From Endomicrobiales bacterium (lineage in GTDB: Bacteria; Elusimicrobiota; Endomicrobiia; Endomicrobiales; JAFGGC01), in NCBI GenBank assembly GCA_016930715.1, contig JAFGGC010000012.1:8454-72453 (forward strand): a stretch of DNA of 64,000 nucleotides. Direction: 5' to 3'. Positions 1-9,382 of this stretch are shown here, in pieces (within the stretch, counting starts at the first letter, position 1; each line of letters begins with the position of its first letter). The translations under genes and the position numbers were made by a program. The notes below the pieces were generated by a model. It was not told the DNA's origin, did no database searches, and worked only from the letters and a program-made list of their open reading frames with translations.

Positions 1-468
1 CTTCGAATTGATTCCTTTGAGCCCGTCAATATCAATATAGGCGTTGGTCAAGGGAAGGTTGTCCCTTATGGCCCTTTTTATTTCCACGTTGAGTAGATCA
101 AAAAAACTCCTGCCGTTCAGGAGGTTGGTCAGTTCATCCTTGCCGGCAGTGTCGGGCCTGATTTTTTTTAATCTCCCCAATTCCAATGAAAGATAAACGC
201 ATGCGCCGTATAGAAGGATAAGAACTGCCGCCTCAGGCACGTTCGGCGCGGGACCGCCCGTGAACTTTAGGTAGAAAATCACGGCCGTGCATCCGAAAAA
301 CGAGGCCGATCCGGCGTACAATCCCAGGTAATAGCCCATCGCAAACACCGGAACGGCGCACAGAATAAGGGCAACCGTCGAAAAACCTGCAATTTTTGCC
401 GCGCACGCGAGGACGGCAATCGCCGCAGCGCCGGATAGTGCAGTGACGTATTTCCTGAACTTGTTCAT
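1..468 (-). CDS. Diguanylate cyclase (GGDEF) family protein, N-terminal part only (3' end lies beyond window edge)
   Basis: Own reverse translation from the ATG at complement 466-468 gives MNKFRKYVTALSGAAAIAVL... with several hydrophobic segments. At the window edge it reads ...LTNAYIDIDGLKGINSK, the usual start of a GGDEF domain. Layout matches the complete paralog at 9383-10201. It is not in the ORF track because it is truncated. Confidence 0.6.
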   Translation of the reverse strand, partial: MNKFRKYVTALSGAAAIAVLACAAKIAGFSTVALILCAVPVFAMGYYLGLYAGSASFFGCTAVIFYLKFTGGPAPNVPEAAVLILLYGACVYLSLELGRLKKIRPDTAGKDELTNLLNGRSFFDLLNVEIKRAIRDNLPLTNAYIDIDGLKGINSK

Positions 469-579
469 TTAATACGCATTTTACAAGTTCGGCTCCATTA
501 AATCAAGCTCAAAATACAGGTTTTTTTCGACTCCGCCTAGCGGATCCGACGGATACGCGCTTGAATGCGGACCGTCAAC

Positions 580-608
580 TTGACCCCGTCGGAACAATTG
601 GCTAAAAT
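580..608 (+). promoter_or_regulatory. Sigma70-type promoter for the ABC/LolA-like operon
   Basis: TTGACC (580-585), 17-nt spacer, TAAAAT (603-608), about 40 nt upstream of the GTG start at 651. Confidence 0.5.
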
Positions 609-650
609 ATAGAAAACATCCTTAGACACTCCCCGCAAAAAGGATTCTCC

Positions 651-1922
651 GTGAAAATAACCGCAAAGGTGTTGTTTTACCTGAAACTGGGCGCAAGGAA
701 CATATTGAAATACAAAAAAAGGAGCCTGCAGGTCGGCGTCGTCATCTGCATAGGCGGGTTCGTCATGACAACTATGGGCGGATTCACCGACGGCATGTAC
801 GACAAGCTCCTAAAAGACATGTTCGAAGGCACTTCTCACGCGAAAGTATTCCGCAAAGGCTACTACGAAAAACAGGAAATATCCCCGCTGGAACTTTCCA
901 TAGAAGGATACCGCGGCATTATCGGCAGGATTTCGTCGGCCGGCCCCGGAGTAAAGATATCCCCGTCAATATCCGCAGGAACAGTAGTCTCTTTCAAGGA
1001 CAATTCGTTAAATCTCGTTTGTCAGGGCGTAGAACCATACTCCGGGAAAGACGCTGACCTTTTTCCGGCATACAGGACCTACGCTGGCTCGGTCAGGGAA
1101 GGCAGGTTCTTCAAAAACAACTCCGACAAGGGCGTGCTTATAAGCTCATACGCCGCCCGAAACCTCGCCTGCGGTCTGGGGGAAAGTATAATACTTTTCA
1201 CGGCCGACAGTTACGGTTCCTTCAACGCCGTGGAACTTGAGGTCATCGGGATATTCAAGACCGGATACAAGGACAAGGATGAGAACGTGTGCATAGCGGA
1301 CCTTCAAAGCGTGCAGGGGCTCGTCGGCCTCGAAAACGCCGTGACCGAGATTTCGCTTTATTTTAACAACCTGAAGGAGTCCGAAAGTTTCGGAAGGCGG
1401 ATTTCAGGCATCATCAGAGAAAACAACCTCGAGTACATGGACTGGAAAGAACTGCTCGGCGTGTTCGTCTGGGCCTTGAAAATAGGCAACATCTTCAACT
1501 TCATAATTTACATAATTTTCATAATAGTGGCCGCCGTCGGCATAATGAACACTGTCCTGATATCGATAATGAACAGGATGCGCGACATCGGCACCTTCCG
1601 CGCGCTCGGGTTCACGTTAAACGACGTTTCAGCAATGATAATCACTGAAGTCACGCTGCTCGGCATTATCGGATCCGCCATCGGCATCGCGATAGGCGTC
1701 GGACTCGTTTACTATTTTTCGGTCGTCGGCATACCCATTTCCGACGAAATGAAGGACACGATGGGTTCCTTTCTTTCCAGCAACAGGATATACACGACGC
1801 TCAAGATAAATTTCATCGTTTTCCCTTTCTTCGTCTCGTGCCTTGTTCCCGTGCTCTCGTCGCTCTACCCCCTCTCGCTTATGAGAAAAATGCATATAAA
1901 GGAAGCCCTTGGATTTCTATGA
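651..1922 (+). CDS. ABC transporter permease, FtsX/MacB/LolCE family
   Basis: 423 aa. N-terminal TM helix, large periplasmic domain and C-terminal FtsX-type 3-TM bundle (…RMRDIGTFRALGF…). First gene of a tightly packed operon. Confidence 0.85.
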   Translation: MKITAKVLFYLKLGARNILKYKKRSLQVGVVICIGGFVMTTMGGFTDGMYDKLLKDMFEGTSHAKVFRKGYYEKQEISPLELSIEGYRGIIGRISSAGPGVKISPSISAGTVVSFKDNSLNLVCQGVEPYSGKDADLFPAYRTYAGSVREGRFFKNNSDKGVLISSYAARNLACGLGESIILFTADSYGSFNAVELEVIGIFKTGYKDKDENVCIADLQSVQGLVGLENAVTEISLYFNNLKESESFGRRISGIIRENNLEYMDWKELLGVFVWALKIGNIFNFIIYIIFIIVAAVGIMNTVLISIMNRMRDIGTFRALGFTLNDVSAMIITEVTLLGIIGSAIGIAIGVGLVYYFSVVGIPISDEMKDTMGSFLSSNRIYTTLKINFIVFPFFVSCLVPVLSSLYPLSLMRKMHIKEALGFL

Positions 1923-3154
1923 ACGATAAATACATATTTTCGATTTCGGCAAAGAACCTCAAACGGCGCATGAGGCGCTCCGTGCTAAACATCACAAGCA
2001 TAGCCATAACTTCGGGCATTTTTCTGTTTTTCATCGGTTTTTACCGCGGAACATACATCGCAATGATGAGGGAATCGTTCATTCAGCTTAAATCGGCCCA
2101 CGTGCAGATGCATTCCCCCGCGTTCGACGATAAGAAAATACAGGACTACGTCGCAAAAGAGAGCGTCATAAAGGACTACCCGCCGATAGTCCAGAAGATA
2201 CTGAAAATGAAAAACGTCACCGGCGTTTCACCCAGGCTGATTAGCGCGGGCTTTATCGGGAATGGCAGGGAAAAACTCCCTGTCATGGTCACCGGTTGCG
2301 ACCCTGAACTTGAAAGAAATTTCGGATTCATAAACGAAGCCCTTAAGGAAGGGGCCTATCTGGACGCATCGGGAGGAGTGCTCCTCGGAAGAAAGGCCGC
2401 GGACCTTTTCGGATTCAAGGTTGGCGACCTTTGCTACGTTCAGGCGCAGACCGTCCACAATACTCCGAACCTCCTGATACTGCCGGTCACGGGAATTTAT
2501 GAAACAAAATTTCACGAGCTGGACAAGAACACCGTTTTCATAAGGATTGACGACGCGAACCTGCTGTGCGACACCGGAGATTCGGTCAACAAGATATTCG
2601 TGATGCTCGAAAGGATGAACGATACCGGCGCTGCCGTATCGGCGCTGGAAAAAGAATTCGGGGACAGATTTGACGTAAAACCCTGGGAATACTACGCGCA
2701 GGCGCTTCTTGAGGGCGAAAAAGGCGACGGAATTTTCTACGCGATATTTCTGACCATACTTCTCTTCATAAGCGTTACCACCATTATGGGCACTATGTAC
2801 GTTAACGTCTACGAGCGGATCCGGGAAATGGCCACGTTACGGGCAATAGGATGGCAGAGGCAAGAAATATTCAAGCTAGTGGTTTACGAATCTCTTGCGA
2901 TCGGCGTTATTGGTTCGCTCATAGGTCTCATCCTCGGAGGGATACCGACCGCCTATATGACGTACATCGGGTTCGACTACTCCAAGATGACCGAAATGGT
3001 ATCCCTGCCCATATTGAGACTGATCTCAAGGCCGGCTCTATACGACCCGTTTTTGGCGGTCTCCGTTGGCATTGTATCAACATTTTTCGGCGGGTTGCTG
3101 CCGGCCATTAAGGCAAGCAAGATGATAATCACGGACGCATTGAGGGTCAATTAG
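1919..3154 (+). CDS. ABC transporter permease, FtsX/MacB/LolCE family (second paralog)
   Basis: ATG at 1919 overlaps the upstream stop (ATGA). The product starts MNDKYIFSISAKNLKRRMRRS and has the same TM / periplasmic domain / FtsX architecture (REMATLRAIGW). The ORF-track start at 1838 is an upstream extension. Confidence 0.85.
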   Translation: MNDKYIFSISAKNLKRRMRRSVLNITSIAITSGIFLFFIGFYRGTYIAMMRESFIQLKSAHVQMHSPAFDDKKIQDYVAKESVIKDYPPIVQKILKMKNVTGVSPRLISAGFIGNGREKLPVMVTGCDPELERNFGFINEALKEGAYLDASGGVLLGRKAADLFGFKVGDLCYVQAQTVHNTPNLLILPVTGIYETKFHELDKNTVFIRIDDANLLCDTGDSVNKIFVMLERMNDTGAAVSALEKEFGDRFDVKPWEYYAQALLEGEKGDGIFYAIFLTILLFISVTTIMGTMYVNVYERIREMATLRAIGWQRQEIFKLVVYESLAIGVIGSLIGLILGGIPTAYMTYIGFDYSKMTEMVSLPILRLISRPALYDPFLAVSVGIVSTFFGGLLPAIKASKMIITDALRVN

Positions 3155-3187
3155 TAGCAATTTCGAAATTACCAAAAAGGAGATATA

Positions 3188-3898
3188 ATGAACCGTTTTT
3201 TTATCTGGGCGCTTCTCTTCTGCTTTGCACCAAACCTGCACGCCATGAGCGCGCAGGACATAGTCAAGGCCGTCGACGACAATCTTACGTTCAGGGAAGG
3301 CGAGATGAACGTTTCCATAATCGATTATAAAAACGGCAAATTCACCAAGAAACTCGTCGCGGAAGTCCAGTTTAAGAAGGATTCGGGCACCCTGATGGAA
3401 TTTACGGACCCGCCCAGGGAAAAGAACAAACGGATACTGCTGGTTAAGGACAACATGTGGATGTTCGTGCCCGGCATATCTAGACCGGTGCGCCTTTCCG
3501 GCAAGGACAGCTTCATGGGCACGTCTTTTTCAAACCGCGACCTTATGGACTACGACTTGAGCAATGACTACGTGTCAAAGCTCCTTGAAGGAACCGAAAA
3601 CGAATACAGGATCGAGATGAACGCAACCAACAAAAGCGTCACTTATCCGAAAATAATCATGTCCGTAGAAAAGAAGAGGCTTTTGCCCGTGAAACAGGAG
3701 CTCTACACGCTTTCGGGCAACCTGATAAAGACCATAGAGTTTTCAAAGGTCAGGGACCTGGGAGGGAAATTAAGACCTTCGGTTTATTTAGTCAAGGACG
3801 TACTGACGTCAGGGAACGAAACCGAAGTCGTCTTCAATTCGCTAAAATACAAAAAAATACGGGAGAGCATTTTCTCCCCGCAGAACATGGTGAGGTAA
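3188..3898 (+). CDS. Periplasmic LolA-like outer membrane lipoprotein-sorting protein
   Basis: 236 aa with a signal peptide (…CFAPNLHA/MS). Sequence is typical of the LolA_like family (…ILLVKDNMWMFVPGISRPVRLSG…SFMGTSFSNRDL…). SD AAGGAG lies upstream. Confidence 0.8.
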   Translation: MNRFFIWALLFCFAPNLHAMSAQDIVKAVDDNLTFREGEMNVSIIDYKNGKFTKKLVAEVQFKKDSGTLMEFTDPPREKNKRILLVKDNMWMFVPGISRPVRLSGKDSFMGTSFSNRDLMDYDLSNDYVSKLLEGTENEYRIEMNATNKSVTYPKIIMSVEKKRLLPVKQELYTLSGNLIKTIEFSKVRDLGGKLRPSVYLVKDVLTSGNETEVVFNSLKYKKIRESIFSPQNMVR

Positions 3899-3900
3899 CA

Positions 3901-4584
3901 ATGGGTAATATCAAAGTCGAGAACGTGCACAAAACCTACAAGCTGGGCGAGACCAACGTACACGCCCTCAGAGGCATCGACCTCAAGGTCGACAAATCCG
4001 AGTTCATAGGCATTATCGGGCCATCCGGCTCCGGCAAGACGACGCTTTTAAACATCATCGGCTGCATCGACGTGCCCACGTCGGGAAACATTACCATAGA
4101 CGGCGAAAGCACCGTTAACCTAGATGACAGACACCTGACATACCTGAGGCGCAACCATATAGGTTTTATTTTCCAGTCATTCAACCTTATTCCGGTTCTT
4201 GACGCCTTCGAGAACGTCGAGCTTCCGCTCATCCCGCTGGGTTACGACGGCGAACAGCGCAGGGAGCTCGTGAACGACATCCTCGAAAAGGTCGGAATCC
4301 TTGAATTCGCAAAACACAAGCCTGACGAGCTCTCTGGCGGGCAGAGGCAAAGGGTGGCGATAGCGCGGGCACTCGTCATAAAACCGTCCATAGTCCTGGC
4401 CGATGAACCCACGGCCAACCTCGACTCCGACACCGGCAACAAGATAATCGAACTAATGAAACACATGAACGAATCGCTCCATACCACCTTCATAATATCG
4501 ACACACGATCCGCGGCTTCTCGACTACATCGACAAGAAGGTGTTCCTCGAGGACGGCAGGATATCAAGGACAGAATCGGGCTGA
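3901..4584 (+). CDS. ABC transporter ATP-binding protein (MacB/LolD-type)
   Basis: Walker A GPSGSGKTT, signature LSGGQRQR, Walker B VLADEPT. Starts 2 nt after the previous gene. Confidence 0.95.
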   Translation: MGNIKVENVHKTYKLGETNVHALRGIDLKVDKSEFIGIIGPSGSGKTTLLNIIGCIDVPTSGNITIDGESTVNLDDRHLTYLRRNHIGFIFQSFNLIPVLDAFENVELPLIPLGYDGEQRRELVNDILEKVGILEFAKHKPDELSGGQRQRVAIARALVIKPSIVLADEPTANLDSDTGNKIIELMKHMNESLHTTFIISTHDPRLLDYIDKKVFLEDGRISRTESG

Positions 4585-4590
4585 CGCCGC

Positions 4591-5772
4591 ATGAAAAAGA
4601 TACTTGGCGTTTGTACATGCCTGTTTATTTTAGCTTCGTGCGCTGGTGCGTACCTGCCCAGCGGGAATATCGAATACCTCGGAGGGCATTCCTCCGTGCG
4701 CGACACCCCCGTCAACCCTTCAAACGCGCTTTCCTTCCCGTCGTTTACCAGCGTTTCCGAACTCAGGCTCAATATCCTCGCCGACGACAGGAAAATGTTC
4801 AATCTTGAAACAAGGGGCAGGTATGATTTCATAGCGCGTCAGAGCTCTGGGTTCCTCGACCAGGCGTACGTCAACTTCCGGCTATCCGACATGTTCACGC
4901 TGAAAGCCGGGCGGCAGAGGATATCCTTCGGGACTGGTTACCTCTGGAACCCGGTAAACGACCTCGACATCGAAAAGGATATTTACAACCCGGACAAATA
5001 CACGGAAGGGGTTGACGCCCTTAAACTGGGCTTTGATCTTACCGACAAGGTGTCGGAGCCCCTGGGAGTTTACCTTGAGATAGTACCGCCCGTTGTAAAA
5101 TCCTGGAAGACCGATCCGGAATACTCAAAAATAGGCCTGCAGTTCTACGCACTGCACCAAAACATTGAATGCGGCTTTGCGGCAAGCCATAAAAGGAACG
5201 AGAACTCCTATGATTCAACGCTTCTGGGAATATACGGCTCGCTGGACATACAGGGGATAATAGCAGGCTCGGAAGTGTCCTATTCAAAAAGCCCCGGGCG
5301 GGTCTATTTCACGAAATACGGCACGGCCCAAAGAGATGGACACGCCCTCAAAGGGACTTTAAGCCTGAACAAGCGGGTGAGCGAAAAAAGTTTCGTGATC
5401 GTAGAATATTTTCACAACGGAGCCGGGCTCGACAAGGACGAATTCGACGATATGACCGAGCTCTTAGAAAATGACTATGACACCTACGCGCCCGTGGTCA
5501 TAGACAGCCTGAAACCGGGTTACGCTTCAAGGAACTATTTTTTTGCGGCTATAAGCCTTGAGGCATCGGACTTCTGGGCGGTTTCGTTGAATACGATGTC
5601 AAACCTTGACAGATACGGTTCTTTCTTCTATCCTCAGCTTTCGTGGACTAAAATCAACGACCTCACCCTGACGCTAGAAGCGATATTTAACGTTTCTTCG
5701 GGCGCCGAAAGCGAGTTTTCGCTCCTTCCCTACGGCAGCGCGGTTTTCCTGAGAACACAGTACTATTTTTAG
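4591..5772 (+). CDS. Putative outer-membrane beta-barrel lipoprotein
   Basis: Lipobox LASC at the N-terminus, alternating amphipathic pattern and a C-terminal ...RTQYYF aromatic terminus typical of OM barrels. Last gene of the ABC operon. No family recognised. Confidence 0.6.
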   Translation: MKKILGVCTCLFILASCAGAYLPSGNIEYLGGHSSVRDTPVNPSNALSFPSFTSVSELRLNILADDRKMFNLETRGRYDFIARQSSGFLDQAYVNFRLSDMFTLKAGRQRISFGTGYLWNPVNDLDIEKDIYNPDKYTEGVDALKLGFDLTDKVSEPLGVYLEIVPPVVKSWKTDPEYSKIGLQFYALHQNIECGFAASHKRNENSYDSTLLGIYGSLDIQGIIAGSEVSYSKSPGRVYFTKYGTAQRDGHALKGTLSLNKRVSEKSFVIVEYFHNGAGLDKDEFDDMTELLENDYDTYAPVVIDSLKPGYASRNYFFAAISLEASDFWAVSLNTMSNLDRYGSFFYPQLSWTKINDLTLTLEAIFNVSSGAESEFSLLPYGSAVFLRTQYYF

Positions 5773-5798
5773 GGTTATCCCGCGGCATGCCTGAATGA

Positions 5799-7259
5799 TT
5801 AATCTTTTTTTGAAAACAAATCGGTTATTTCGGTTAGATTGTTGTTGTTGACAAGCGTGAGAAGCACGTCTCCGGACTCCAGGACCGTCTGTCCGCTCGG
5901 AACGATGAAATCCTCGTTCCTTGCTATCAGCGTTATGAGACTGTCCTGCGGAAGGCCGATCTCGGATACTGCCTTCCCGATCATCCAGGAGTCGTATGGC
6001 ACCGTGAACTCCACGAGCCTCGTGTTAAGGTCGTCCGTGTGCTCGAACTCGATAGGGTATCTTTTTCTGCTTTTAAGAGGCGCGTCGACCCTGAAGAACT
6101 TCGCCGCGAAAGGGATGGACGTGCCCTGAAAAAGAGCTGAAGTTAGAACGACAAAAAACACTATATTGAACATCATCTCGGAATTTTTGACCCCGGCTAT
6201 CAGAGGAAAGGTCGCCAGTATGATAGGGACCGAACCCCTCAGCCCCACCCACGAGATGAACGCCTGCTGCGCCACATAAAAACCCTTGAACGCCAACGAC
6301 GAGAACACACCGATGGGCCTTGCCACGAACATAAGAAACAGGGACACCAGGATCCCTATTCCCGCGACGGAGGCTATTCCCTTAATTGAAACAAGGAGCC
6401 CCAAAGCGAGGAACATGGTTATCTGCATTAGCCACGCGACGCCCCCGTGAAAATGAATCAGGTTCCTCTTCTGTATCAGATCGCTGTTTCCCATCACGAG
6501 TCCGATAATGTAAACCGCCATGAAACCGTTGCCTTTCGAAAAACTCGTCAGGGCGTACGCGAGCAGTATGAGCGAAAGCGTGAGCACCGGATAAAGACCG
6601 TCGTATTCAAGCTTTATCTTGTTTATCAAATAAACGATGGCCTTACCGAAATAGTACCCCAAAAGGACGCCCACCCCCATCTGCAGGAAGAACATAGCGC
6701 TTATTTCAAGATAACCCGACCTCTTGCCAGTGATGAGACCGATGAAACCGATCGTCATGAACACGGCCATGGGGTCGTTCGAGCCCGACTCAAGCTCGAG
6801 CAAAGGGCCTACCTCACCGGATAAACTCAATTTTTTCGACCTCAGGACCGAAAAGACCGCGGCGGCGTCGGTTGAGGAGACTATCGAACCGAAAAGCAGC
6901 CCTTCAAGCCAAGAGAAACCGAACACGAACACCATAAAAGCGCCGAGACTGAACGCCGTGACGAAAACCCCTAGCGTCGAAAGCAGTATTCCGTGTTTCA
7001 GTATCGGGCGCACGGATTTCCACTCTGTCTCCAGACCGCCGAAGAAGAGTATAAAAACGAGGGCCACGACTCCAATGTACTGCGCCAGCACGGGACTGTC
7101 GAACTTTATCAGGCCGAGCCCTTCCGAACCGAATAACATACCTATGAACAAAAAAAGCAGGAGGGACGGTATCCCGAACCTGCTGGAAGCCTTGCTTGCC
7201 ACTATGCTGATGATTAACAGGAGAGAGGCGCCTGTTATTATAATTTCAAGCGGTATCAT
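5799..7259 (-). CDS. Monovalent cation:proton antiporter (CPA1/NhaP2-type) with C-terminal TrkA-C domain
   Basis: 486 aa, about 12 TM helices, Na/H-exchanger-like motifs (…LELESGSNDPMAVF…) and a soluble C-terminal TrkA-C-like tail. Confidence 0.85.
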   Translation of the reverse strand: MIPLEIIITGASLLLIISIVASKASSRFGIPSLLLFLFIGMLFGSEGLGLIKFDSPVLAQYIGVVALVFILFFGGLETEWKSVRPILKHGILLSTLGVFVTAFSLGAFMVFVFGFSWLEGLLFGSIVSSTDAAAVFSVLRSKKLSLSGEVGPLLELESGSNDPMAVFMTIGFIGLITGKRSGYLEISAMFFLQMGVGVLLGYYFGKAIVYLINKIKLEYDGLYPVLTLSLILLAYALTSFSKGNGFMAVYIIGLVMGNSDLIQKRNLIHFHGGVAWLMQITMFLALGLLVSIKGIASVAGIGILVSLFLMFVARPIGVFSSLAFKGFYVAQQAFISWVGLRGSVPIILATFPLIAGVKNSEMMFNIVFFVVLTSALFQGTSIPFAAKFFRVDAPLKSRKRYPIEFEHTDDLNTRLVEFTVPYDSWMIGKAVSEIGLPQDSLITLIARNEDFIVPSGQTVLESGDVLLTLVNNNNLTEITDLFSKKD

Positions 7260-7276
7260 CGGACGCTCCGGAAATG

Positions 7277-8344
7277 CTAGACCTTGGCATCGTTCTTGGC
7301 GCTTGCTATCCTCATGAAACCGGACATCAGGTCAGCCAAAAACCTGAAACCAACAACCATCAAATACGTGAAAAGAACGAAAAACACGGCACTGATAAAC
7401 GCCAGGAAGACATCCCTGAACAAGAATATGAAGAACACCACCGGCGTGGTGACGATGCCCGTGAAACCAAAAAGCCAGGACAAAAACCTCAGGCCGTTAA
7501 CGACCCTTTCCATGCCGCGGTAAGGGGTCACCACGATTTTCTGCCTGGGCGCCGCCGTCTGAAGGACGTTCCCGCAGTTTGAACAGTACCACGACCTCAG
7601 GGGGTTCCTGTGGCCGCAAGAATCGCATTTCTTCTCGTTAAGCTTCGGGTCCTCCCTCCTGTGGAATATGTATAGTTTCTCGATAATACCGATAAAGAAC
7701 CAAAGCACCGCCCCGACAATACCGCCCGACGAGCCTTCTACGAGCCTGGAAGCGAACCAGCCCTCGGGCTTGAACTCTATGATCACAGAACCGTAGAATG
7801 CGGAGCCGAGGAATCCTCCGAGCGCGCCCCCCAGAAACCCGAAAATCGTGCCGGCGAGTATTTTTCTCTTCGAGCGTTCGATTATCCCGCTTGCCGCGCC
7901 GATGAACGCGCCGCCAACGGCCCACGTCACGAGTATCGACAGCGAGGACAACCCTTCATACCGTCCGAATATCTCGGTCGCCGGTATGTTTATCAGTCCT
8001 CCCAACGCGCCTCCCACGGTTCCAAGAACAGCCCCGCAGAAGGCCTTGTACGAAGATTCTTCGATTATTCCGCCGACCGTCCCCAGGAACACGCCGCATA
8101 TCATTCCGCTGAACACGTTGTTCATCAGCACGCCGATGTCGTCCCGCACCATTCGGCTTATGATGAACACTATTATCCACCCTATGAACCCCGAAACGAA
8201 ACCGCCCCAGCTCCGGCGCCATATCCAGGCGAAGTCCATGCAAAGATGCACGAGCTTCTCGCTCCTTTTATTCAGGAACATACCGCATCTCGCGCAGTAC
8301 TTCGAATCGTCCGGCATCAGGTTTTCGCAGCTAGGGCAGTACAT
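7277..8344 (-). CDS. Membrane protein with two zinc-ribbons flanking glycine-zipper repeats
   Basis: N-terminal CPSC…CARCG and internal CDSCG…CSNCG zinc ribbons. Five Gly-zipper segments lie between them, three ending in GIIE(E/R/K). Two more TM helices at the C-terminus. No known family recognised. Confidence 0.6.
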   Translation of the reverse strand: MYCPSCENLMPDDSKYCARCGMFLNKRSEKLVHLCMDFAWIWRRSWGGFVSGFIGWIIVFIISRMVRDDIGVLMNNVFSGMICGVFLGTVGGIIEESSYKAFCGAVLGTVGGALGGLINIPATEIFGRYEGLSSLSILVTWAVGGAFIGAASGIIERSKRKILAGTIFGFLGGALGGFLGSAFYGSVIIEFKPEGWFASRLVEGSSGGIVGAVLWFFIGIIEKLYIFHRREDPKLNEKKCDSCGHRNPLRSWYCSNCGNVLQTAAPRQKIVVTPYRGMERVVNGLRFLSWLFGFTGIVTTPVVFFIFLFRDVFLAFISAVFFVLFTYLMVVGFRFLADLMSGFMRIASAKNDAKV

Positions 8345-8430
8345 ACGCAGTATCCTTCCACTCAGATTTTACTTTTTTATATGCTGATTTACAATTACAC
8401 CATATGCGCCGGATTGCACCTAAACGGCTT

Positions 8431-9300
8431 TTATCTTTTTTTCGCGGGTTTCGGCTCATAAAGCGTCCCCGTAAAATTCCTCCACCATATCGGGTCAACC
8501 GCGCTTCCCTGAACGTAGACGCCGTAGTGAAGGTGCGGTCCGGTCGCCCAGCCGGTGTCACCGACCGTGCCGATCTTTTTGCCTTTTTCAACTATATCGT
8601 TTTCCTTCACGAATACATCGCTCATGTGGAAATAACAGGTAATGACCCCCTGGCCGTGGTCTATTATGACGGTATTTCCGTAAACGCTCAGGCCCTCACC
8701 GACATAATTCACCTTTCCGGAATTCGACGCCTTCACGGGCGCGCCTTTGGGCGCTCCAAAATCAACGCCCTTGTGATAATACGAGTAGCTCCCGCCCGAC
8801 CTCTTTACCGCAAAACCCGAGACCACGGAATGGGCCGAAGGCGCCACGAATGCGCCTTCCCAGCGCCTTTGCGGGCTCACCTCCCTGAGCTTTCCCACGA
8901 CTACCCTGTTCTGCTCTTCTATCATCGGTTGGTTGTCCCTCATCTTGACGTCCGAAGTCCGAAGGTGCACCTCCCGTATTTTTCTGGGTTTTACTTTTAT
9001 AGAGTGCATGTATTTGCACGTCCGGCCGCCGGGCTCCTTGACACGGACCGAGAGTCTTCTTGAACCTTTTTCTTCGATCCCCGTCGGCAGGAAAAGTTCG
9101 GCTGTGCCCGTGGAAACAAAAAAGGCCCCGAATGCCTTCCCTCCGCTGGTCACCGATATTGTTTCGGCGCCTCTTTCCTCTATCCTCACGATAAAAGCCT
9201 GCCCTCCGGTCGGAGCCCGGGGAACGGTTTGGAAGTCGTATGCCAGGACGATACTCCCGGCTAAAATCATAATAACCAAAAAGGCAATTATCCTGCGCAT
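8431..9300 (-). CDS. M23 family metallopeptidase
   Basis: Signal/TM at the N-terminus. C-terminal LytM-type motifs are present (HKGVDF…, …GPHLHYGVYV). Confidence 0.9.
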   Translation of the reverse strand: MRRIIAFLVIMILAGSIVLAYDFQTVPRAPTGGQAFIVRIEERGAETISVTSGGKAFGAFFVSTGTAELFLPTGIEEKGSRRLSVRVKEPGGRTCKYMHSIKVKPRKIREVHLRTSDVKMRDNQPMIEEQNRVVVGKLREVSPQRRWEGAFVAPSAHSVVSGFAVKRSGGSYSYYHKGVDFGAPKGAPVKASNSGKVNYVGEGLSVYGNTVIIDHGQGVITCYFHMSDVFVKENDIVEKGKKIGTVGDTGWATGPHLHYGVYVQGSAVDPIWWRNFTGTLYEPKPAKKR

Positions 9301-9343
9301 ATAGCTATTTTATCAAAATGATACTCGGGTTCAAAATCGCTCA

Positions 9344-9373
9344 TTGACCTGAAACAGTCTCTTTATATATAAT
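9344..9373 (+). promoter_or_regulatory. Sigma70-type promoter, nearly leaderless geometry
   Basis: TTGACC (9344-9349), 18-nt spacer, TATAAT (9368-9373). Only 9 nt separate it from the ATG at 9383 and there is no SD. Confidence 0.45.
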
Positions 9374-9382
9374 TATGTCACA

